Positions 55,481 through 64,000 of a DNA stretch of 64,000 bases are shown here, piece after piece. Source of the stretch: the human T2T-CHM13v2.0 reference genome, Homo sapiens. The stretch's first letter is position 1, and each line of letters opens with the position of its first letter. The notes beneath the pieces are model-generated. The model worked only from the letters and a program-made list of their open reading frames with translations. It searched no databases and had not been told where the DNA came from. The stretch lies in assembly GCF_009914755.1 (NCBI RefSeq), contig NC_060935.1, one strand, 5' to 3'. Both the position numbers and the translations under genes were made by a program.

Positions 55481-56142
55481 AGCCATTTACAAACTTGGGG
55501 CCCTGGCAAGGGTGGTGGGGAACAGTCCCACATAACTGCCCATGTCGAGAGCTGTATACCTAAATTGGGAGGGACACCAGGGATAAGACTCCCTGGGTTT
55601 ATCATCTAGATGCCTAAGGACGCAGCATAGAGCTTCCTTAGATCCCTTTGGAGATACAACTTGTTAGAGGAAATGAAAGTCTGAACCATTAGTACCTAGG
55701 AGGCAGGGATCAGAGGAAGTAGATTCAGAGGTAAGGAGAATTCTGGGGCTACACTTTCAAGAAGTGTCGGGACCTAGGAGGTATGGGTCAGAAGAAAAGG
55801 TAAGGCGCACACATGGGCGACTGTTGAGTAGAGACTTCTGGCTGCACCATGATCTCAACCAGCCAGGAGTTCAGGATGACAGCTTTCTACCTCTATCGGC
55901 CCTCGGCTTCCCCAAGAAAATTGAAAGTGGAAGCTGGCTCCAGGCAGACCAACATCCCCAACTCAGAAGGGTTGGGGGTTGTTAGAAAGGCCTTCCCCAG
56001 ATAGCCTCACACCTGAGTCTTAAGTCTGGTGGCCATGCTAATCATTTTTAACTGGCTGACAGGTGCCCGGTATTTTCCTCCAATTCTAAGGAAGGACAGA
56101 ATAGCAAGTGAAAGTGGTCCAATATTACTCACCACTTTGGAG

Positions 56143-56160
56143 GTCCCTTCGTGGTCACCA
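56143..56160 (-). promoter_or_regulatory. Retroviral primer-binding site TGGTGACCACGAAGGGAC
   Basis: 18-mer starting TGG, 3 nt inside the LTR's TAACA end. Confidence 0.88.
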
Positions 56161-56163
56161 AAA

Positions 56164-56905
56164 TGTTACTGGCGGGTCTTTGCTCCCAGAGCTCCCAAGA
56201 TGGTGGCAGACCGCTTCCAAGATGGTGGCAAGCCTCATGTTCTCTGACCTGGGGTTCTTGGCCTCACTGATTCCAAGGAATGGAATCCTGGGCCATGCGG
56301 TGAGTGTTATAGCTCTATTAGAAGCCGTGGGTCATGGAAGAGAAGCGTGGAATCCAGTGACTAATGTTCAGCTTGATTAGGTCAAACCCAGGCACTTAGC
56401 CGTGCAGGAACAATGGCAAGCCTTTAGCCCGATTGGGAGGGGCATTGGGCGCCTCACTGGATCAGGAGCACAGCGGACACCCTGCCGCATCCGGAGGGAT
56501 GGAAGTCAGTGGCGGGTCTGTGACGGCAGCCAGCAGCAGTGGTGCAGGGCGAGTGAAAGCTCAGCTCCAGCCGTAATAAACACGGACCAGAAGAGTGCAG
56601 TTGCAAGATTTAGTAGCGTGAAAACAGAGCTCCTACACAAAGGGAGAGGACCCAAAGGGGGTTGCTGTCGCTGGCTCGAATGCCTGGGTTTATATCCCAA
56701 TCCTTGTCCCGCCCACTGTGCTCTCAGGCAATAGATGATTGGCTATTTCTTTACCTCCTGTTTTTGCCTAACTAGCATTTGCCTAATTAGCATCAGATGT
56801 GAGCTAAGTTGCAAACCCCGTGTTTAAAGGTGGAAGCAGTCACCTTCCCAGCTGGGCTTAGGGATTCTTGGTTGGCCTAGGAAGTCCAGCTACTCCTGTC
56901 TCTCA
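56164..56905 (-). mobile_element. LTR17 (complete U3-R-U5 5' LTR)
   Basis: The - strand begins TGAGAGACAGGAGTAGCTGGACTTCCTAGGCC and ends GTAACA; CCAAT (ATTGG at 56738) and GATATAAA box (TTTATATC at 56689). Confidence 0.92.
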
Positions 56906-57373
56906 AAACCAGACATATATTATCTCAGATAAAAGAAGTCTTATGGATAGGCAGTTCCAAGACTTGTTCATTGTTTCAATTATACCAGCAAGAACACAAG
57001 CTCATTCTTCCTTTCCACTTTGCCTTCCTTAACTGCTTATTTTTATCCTCATTCTCATCTTTTCATATTATAAGATGACTACTCTAGCTCTAGATGCCAT
57101 GGTGGTATTTAAAGCAAAAGTAAAGAGCATTAGTCAGGTACCTTAGTTGAAAACAACGAATTCATCCCTGCTAGTTTAAGCTTAAAAATGGTTTACAATC
57201 TATTCAGCACCCCATGAAACCACTGGGAGGTTGGTGGAAAACAGGGCCTAGTCTCAGCTCTCAGGAGAAAAAATCCCCAAGTCCCATCACAAAACAGTAT
57301 GGAAACTACAGCTACTGCCATTGTTTAGCTCTAAATTTTAGGAATTTGTTTTCACTGAAACTTGCACTTACTT

Positions 57374-57454
57374 TCAAGTTGGTGCACTTGTAATTGTGGT
57401 TTTTGCCATTACTTTTAAAAGACAAAAACCGCAATTAGTTTTGCACCAAACTAA
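57374..57454. mobile_element. MADE1 mariner MITE
   Basis: GTTGGTGCA...GTAATTGTGGTTTTTGCCATT...CAAAAACCGCAATTA...TTTGCACCAA: ~80-bp palindromic element. Confidence 0.9.
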
Positions 57455-57489
57455 TGCCACACCTGTTTCAGGAATTTCATCGTAGCCAC

Positions 57490-57590
57490 AGGGTGACCAA
57501 CTGTTCAGGTTTGCCTGTGACTAAGGGAGTTCCTAGGGACACAAGACTTCCAGTAGCAAAACTAAGGATTAAGATTAGTAGGTTACCCTA
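57490..57590. mobile_element. MER81/MER94-like hAT-Blackjack element
   Basis: AGGGTGACCAACTGTTCAGGTTTGCC left end and GGTTACCCTA right end. Confidence 0.7.
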
Positions 57591-58184
57591 TCTTTCTACC
57601 AGTATTAGTAGGTTACCCTATCTTACTATCACTAGGAAACTGCCATCATTGCCACTGATGATGCCTAAATCCAGATACCTCAACCATCAACCACCTATAA
57701 CAGGGTGGAAACTCCACACAGAGGCTGTTTCCTAAACAGTGCTTCCTTTCAAATCATCCTCATGAGGGTGTCTGATGGGGCTTAGATTGTACGCCTGATC
57801 AGTTACAAGATCCTAACTTCTATGCTAGGCAATCCAAAAGATGATGGATAGTTACAAATATAAACATGTACTTCAAAGTGTAAGGGAGCAGTGACAATCA
57901 GTTTGCTCCTGTACCTTTTTGTTTTATCAGAAAACAGATTAGATTTCCCACAAGCTCTTGCTGGGAAAAAACTGGGTTACATGGCCAACTGTAGCTGCAG
58001 AGGAGATTAGAAAAATTAATACTGGGATTCCCAACTCCGGGGGAAATAAGTTGAAAATCGCATCGGAGGAGTCAACCAGTGATATCTACCGCAAGAACAT
58101 CTGTGTGAATTTGTATACCTTTTCCTACATTGGCACAGGATGTTGTCTGTAGCAGTAGTTTTGTTGTTTTCTTTTTTCTTCAAA

Positions 58185-58380
58185 ATATGGTATGCAGATC
58201 ATCACTATCAGAATTGCCTCAGATTTTAAAAAGTCTCCTGATATTTTAAATTCAGAATACTAGACTCACTCTGAATGAACTAAGGCACAACCCCTAGGAG
58301 TGAAGGCCTGAGGGACTCTGCAGTGTTACAAAGCTTCTTAGGTAATTCTGAGGCATATTAAAGCCTGGGAATTACCAGTA
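58185..58380. mobile_element. MER5-like fragment
   Basis: ATCAGAATTGCCT...CTCTGCAGTGTTACAAAGCTTCTTAGGTAATTCTGAGGCATATTAAAG. Confidence 0.55.
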
Positions 58381-59699
58381 TGGAGAGAGAGCTTTCAAAA
58401 TGTAAACGGGAGCTATATCTTGGTAGTAGGTTTCTAGGTGAATTTAGAATTTTATTCTTCTGTTCGAATTTTTGGAATGCACAAGAATAATTTTTAGAGC
58501 AGTTTTTAAATTTGCAAAGGCAGAATCAGACAAAACACTCATACTTTGATCAAAGTAAAATAAAGGAAAGAATGGATAAATATATGGATGACATGTATAA
58601 GGAAGGAGAACAAAACTCTATAGAAATAATGCCAAATTCCAAACAAAAACTGATGACACACAGTGAAAAAGTGATGGCACAAGAGAAACAGTTTTTATAT
58701 AAATAACTGTACTCAGGCTGTGTGAAGACAGGCTGAATGATTTGGCCTAGAAGAGAGAACATTAAAAAGTGAAAAAGTTATTTAATAATATTTATGAATA
58801 TTAAACATGCTGCATATTCTTATGATACATTATCTTTTGCCAAATCACTCCTCACTTCTTATTCTACTATTACAGCAAAGAAGTTATCCTGTATTTATAG
58901 CATACAGCTCCATGGGGGGGATAAGGCAGGTGTGTTTCATTTGATTGTGAATACAAAAAAAAATACATGAAAAACAAACCCTCAGAATATTAGAGGTTTT
59001 AGCTGTTTCTCATATTGTGAGTTAGAAACAAAGTTTTATCTAGAAGACTGGTGACTTGTCTCCTTCCTTCCACTGCAATCTCATAACTGCCTTACTCTAA
59101 ACGCAATGGCACTCAGATGTAAATGGTTATTCAACACAGTGATAGATGCAACTCGGAAACCATGTCTTCTTAGCAATTTGCATCACTTTGTTTCTCTGCT
59201 TTTTCTCCCACTGCCCCTTTTACAGCTCTCAGCCGCAGTTCTTATAGCACATCATTACAATAATTTACTTGTACAGTTGTCTCCTCTACCAGCTGGCTGT
59301 TTCTTGATAGTAAAGACCATTCCTATTTATCTTTATATTTCCACTATTTTCATAGCACCCAAGACATTGTGATTGCTTCATAATAATGGTAAATGAAAAA
59401 TATCAGTTCACTTATATGTAGTTTGATTCAGATGACTCTGAGTTTAGGTTCTAGTTCAGACACTGAAGAGCAGTGGAAACTTGGATAATTTGTAGCTTTA
59501 TCATCTACGAAATATTGCATTATTATATTATGTAGTATAGTAGTATAACATATTATATCATGTTATACTTTATTATATACCTACTTAATAAGGAAGAAAT
59601 GATATATCATTCAGAAATACTTCAAGCAGTACCTAAATCTTGATAAATGATCAAAGTTACACAATGCTTTTGGAAATTGGATGACATATTGATATATTT

Positions 59700-59845
59700 G
59701 TTTGTTTTTGTCTCTCCAACTAAAATAAAAGCTCCATCAGGATGGAAAATTGTCTGTCTTGCTCACCTCTTTATCTCCAGTATTTGGAATAGAGTCTGGC
59801 ACATAGAAGATGCTTAATAAATATTCTTTGTGTAAATGAATTAAT
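59700..59845 (+). mobile_element. L2 3' end
   Basis: TAAAAGCTCCATCAGGATGG...GTCTGTCTTGCTCACC...AGTCTGGCACATAGAAGATGCTTAATAAATATT...AATGAAT. Confidence 0.75.
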
Positions 59846-61679
59846 TGCGTTTTAATGGAAATATATTGAAGAACCTAAAAAATGCCTAAATTTTGTCCTA
59901 CTAATAATGATCCCCCTCCTCTGTAGGAATTTCATACATTAGTTTCCAAAAATAAACCAAACAACCCCTTTATTAAAAGTTTTATTATAGGTGTTAAACT
60001 TTAGGTGTCCATATACAGACCTTTGAGATGGGACATGCAGCTGGATGGAGCTTGTGGGTGAAACTGGATGCCTTCCTCTCCATCTAATTCTTAAATTTGT
60101 ACCAAGCTTTGTACAGCCATATGAAAGAAGAATTACAAAACAAAGGAAACAAGAAGGCCATATCTGCTTAACTTACTCCCTCAGTTGCATTAATGACAAA
60201 GGTATAAAAGGCAAAAGAAGTGCTTGATACTTTAGGTCAGTAACGTGCTCAAGTGGTACATGTGGCCTAACTGATGTTCTAAATTTTTTCTGGGTAATAC
60301 ATTCTCAATTGAGGGAGTAACAAGAACAGAGGTGGAGCTAAGGAAGTCAGATGCCTCCTCCTAAATTAAAAAATATATATATAGTGTGTGTTTCTATACA
60401 TAAAAATGTCTTTGTATTTTATCCACATATCCTTTCCAGTTATTAAACACAGTTTGTTACTAAGAAAGAGAGTGACAGTCTATAATATTTCCTGGGTCAC
60501 TATACAAATAAAATCTAAAAATAGACTCTTGCATATTGGAGATAAAAGAACTGTGACCTTGAAACTCAGTAATCAGATGAAATAAATCCTCAAAGCTCTT
60601 CCAGTCCAGGAGTTGGATGATCTTGCATCTTAACTATAAACGAAACAGCTTTCCTTAGTAAGTGAGCCAAGGTAAGGAGAGAGTCTCTGGCAAGTGCACA
60701 ATAGACCTGGTTTTCAACTCTGAATCTAAAATACCAGTGTGGGTATTGTGATGTGGCCCTGGATGCATCAAGTAACCTCTCTGCTCCTCAGTTTTATCAC
60801 TGGTGAACTGAGAGCTTTGGGCTTAAGTTCTAAAATTATGTGGCTCAGCAAAAATTGTCGTTGTTTCAGCTCCTTCTATTTAAAGAAATATAAATGACTT
60901 CAACCATCAAACTGTCAGCCTCCAAAAAGTAGATTTAAAATCTGTGTGATTCATGACTCACTTTAAAAAGAAAGTGACATTTCTACCAGATTTTTAAACC
61001 AGGTCAGTCTGATGGCAAAGCTATGCCACTAAATTGTCTCTACCGCAAAGGCAATGCGGAAATAAATGTGTTCCTCAATGGGCATATTTATTCTAGAGCA
61101 CCAATTTATTCTTAGATAGGAAACAGTTTTCTTTTAAACTTTAAAGCTACTTTTTAATGTTTACTCAACAGTGTTGTTGTCCTAGACCATAGAGATACAC
61201 GTTAAAATCTGCAAAGTCCTGATGAGTTTCCATCTCTCCTCACACCAAAGTATTATTCTCTCTAAGCATGCTTCACCTGCTAAGGAACAAAACTTGCCTT
61301 AGCCTGATATTGTTTACTACCTTCCCAGAAGCCTTTCTCCATTTCTGAAAGACCACCTTAGGGCTAGAAACAAATTGGATTCTTCGAACCTTCCTTTATT
61401 TTTTCAATTCTGGTTCTAAATAGGATTGTAGGGGTTATAATACAGGAAATTATTTGGGGGCGGTGGTGTTAGTCAGTTCCTCCCCTGGGGTTTCGAGTCC
61501 CTTTGGTTGGAGAAAGCCTCTAATGAGGACAAAGTAACTCGAACCTATTGAATTTTCACACAATGCTGTCGCACAGATTGTATTTCTAGATTAGGCCAAT
61601 AACATGGCTCATTCATTCAGTATTAATTCATTCATTTAACTGGCTAGTGCCAAGAGTTGAAAAAATATTAATACTAATT

Positions 61680-61920
61680 AGCAAGTTGTAGGCACTTAGG
61701 AGGATGTGCCAGGTACAGTGAACTATGTGTTTTATAAACAGAATTTCATTTAATGCTCACAACACTTGATTGAAATAATTAATATTATTATCACCATTTA
61801 CATATGAAGAAACTGAGATTTAAGCAGATTTAGGAATTTATCCAAGCAGAAAAAGTGAAGAAACCGAGCTCAATTTCAAGCAATCTGAGTTTATATCAAA
61901 ATAAACAGAATTCTTGTCAC
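61680..61920 (-). mobile_element. MIR
   Basis: ATGTGCCAGGTACAGTG...TCATTTAATGCTCACAAC...CATTTACATATGAAGAAACTGAG core. Confidence 0.7.
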
Positions 61921-62490
61921 TATGAGATGTACATCATTATCAGGGAACCAGATATTAAATATTAACTCTCTTATATTTGTTTCATTGTGATTTGATTGTA
62001 ACAATCAATCGTTATATAATTGTGATAAGGGATGAAAACAGGTATTGTGGGTGATTAGATTCTATTGAGGATGTCAGAAAATGCCTCCCCGAGAAAGTGA
62101 TACCTAAGCAGAGACACGGATGTTTATAAGGATTTAGTCAGGTAAAAAGTGAGAGTGGTGGTGAGTTTCCCAGGCAGAGGGACCCACCTCATAAAAGGTA
62201 AAGGAAAGAAGCAATAAGCATTTATTGATGGATTTGTGACAACCAGGCTATACGAAGCCCTTTACAAGGATTATATCTTTTGACTCTCATGGAAACCCTT
62301 CCAGGTAGATACCATTATCCTCATTTTGCTTACTCAGAAAGAGAAACTGGGCATAATTAAAGTAACGTAGCCTAAACCTTATATCCAGTAAGGATGGGCA
62401 GGTGCCTGGACCTGGACAGTCTAGCTCTAAAATTATATTCTTAAATATATAAATGCAATTTTTTAAGTGGGGAGGAACTTTGTGTATAAC

Positions 62491-62931
62491 TGTCATGGCT
62501 TGAATAGTATCCCCCCAAAATTCATGTTCACCCAAAACCTTAAAATGTGACCTTATTTGGAAATAGGACCTTTACAGATGTAATTAGGGCCTTGAGAAGA
62601 AATCATTCTGGATTTAGTGTATGCCCTAAATCTAATGACTCATTATGCCCTTATAAGAAGAGACGGCACAAAAGCACAGAGAAGAAAGCAGTGTAAAGTT
62701 AGAGGCAAAGGCTGGAATGACAAATCTCTAAGCTAAAGAACTGCAAGGACTGCCACCAACCACTGTAAGGTAGGAGAGACATAGAATGATTTTCCCTCAC
62801 AGAAAGAACCAATCCTACTGATACCTTGAGTTTGGACTTTTAGCCTTCTAAATTATGAGAGAATAAATTCATGTTATTTTAAGCCACTGAATTTGTGGTA
62901 ATTTTTATGGCAGCTCCAGGGAACTAATGCA
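62491..62931 (+). mobile_element. MLT1B/C-like MaLR solo LTR
   Basis: TGTCATGGCTTGAATAGTATCCCCCCAAAATTC...AATGTGACCTTATTTGGAAATAGG...GAGAATAAATT...TTTTAAGCCAC...GGAACTAATGCA. Confidence 0.85.
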
Positions 62932-64000
62932 ACACCCTTTACTACAGAACAGCCTTGTAACAAAGTTTAGGAGGTTTTATTTATTCAACCATTTTTACTG
63001 TTTATACTATGTGTCAGATATTTTGGCAAGAGTTATGAACAATATAGATTATGCAAATATAGACCCCATTTTCAAAGATTGCAAGGTAGAAACTGATGTG
63101 TGATATAAAAAATTTAGATAAAGAACAATAATTGCCACTCCCATATATTAAGTATACTTATGTGTCAGACACTGAGAGGTGGCTTACATGCATTATTTAA
63201 TCTGAAAATGGTATATATAATTCTTTCCACTTAGATAAATAAAATGAGTCTTAAATAATTTGAATTACCTTCTCCAAAGTTGTGCATTTCTACCAATGAC
63301 AGCATTAGATTCCAATTTCTAATGGGAGGATAAAGGAGGAAACTTAATTCAAGAAAATGTATCTGATAGGGTTTTGAATGATCAGTAATGATGGACACTG
63401 ATAAGTGGAGGCAAAGACAATGTCATTATGGGTGAGAATAATAGTGAGCTTAAAGACAAAGGATCAGGGAATGGAGTTTCTGTATGTAATAGAGACTCCA
63501 GTTTGTCAGAGTGCATAGAACAGTAAGAGAGAAAAGTGAGAAATCAATTTAAAATTGTAGATTCAGACCAGTTGCTGACTAATAAGCAAATGTCAGGAGC
63601 TGGGAAATTTTTCCTTAAATAGATTAAAGTCCTGTAAAATTTTGCTAAAACAAGTGAATGATCAGGGTTTTCTTCAGGGAGATGAATTCCTCAAGAATGT
63701 GACAATGGACTGGAGACTAGGAGAGATTAGTGACCAGGTATCCATTTAGGGAGACAAATGCCACAAGAGAGGGGGACAAAATCCATTCACTCCTTGGAAA
63801 ACAACTCTATGATCAAACCTCAATTATTCTTTTATTCAAAAAATACCTGTTGAGCCTTTTCCATGCTACCCAAAGAGGGTCCATCTGACATTGTCCTGTG
63901 TTCCCACAGTAACTTAAATGGACACTTTCACAATGTCTGGAGTCCTATAGATGAAGGACGAGGATATTCTCAAATTCCTTCCAAGAATTCACTTTGTTCA

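Larger units (their letters stand above)
51341..56905 (-). mobile_element. HERV-W (HERV17) defective provirus: 5' LTR, leader, partial gag, pro, RT, partial env; no 3' LTR
   Basis: LTR17 termini, primer-binding site, gag (LEGLRKTRKKPMNYS...QSAAD), protease LLDTGA, RT LPQGF/YVDD and syncytin-1-like env MALPYHIFLF. Confidence 0.93.

Noticed and set aside
54477-55609. Six overlapping long ORFs (up to 322 aa) on both strands
   Set aside because: Artefacts of the CT/AG minisatellite; low-complexity ER/SL/PL sequence.
57000-64000. Start of a downstream gene or CpG-island promoter
   Set aside because: No CpG island, exon-like ORF or recognisable coding sequence; only old repeats and AT-rich DNA.

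Overview
Primate (very probably human) genomic DNA with the 3' end of ANO5 (anoctamin-5/TMEM16E) on the + strand. Seven coding exons are visible: 646-815, 1463-1560, 8831-8961, 11305-11510, 13090-13268, 14620-14725 and 18070-18291. All have AG/GT boundaries and compatible phases, and they are followed by a ~3.6 kb 3' UTR. The rest is repeat-rich intergenic DNA: an ERV1 solo LTR, a full-length but dead L1PA2-like element, a THE1 LTR, a twin-primed (5'-inverted) L1, several Alus, old L1/MIR/L2/DNA-transposon fragments, and a deleted HERV-W (HERV17/LTR17) provirus on the - strand. I see no evidence for a new gene system. The notable signals are mutational scars and possible regulatory side-effects of the repeats. 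Two neighbouring young L1s share non-consensus variants (possible gene conversion). An L1 ORF0 has had its ATG replaced by CTG through a deletion and points antisense into ANO5. A ~140 bp ANO5 intron segment is copied 28.6 kb away. There is also a cluster of perfect fold-back hairpins and a HERV-W/THE1 fusion junction. Repeat family names, consensus sequences and exon numbers are from memory and need database confirmation.
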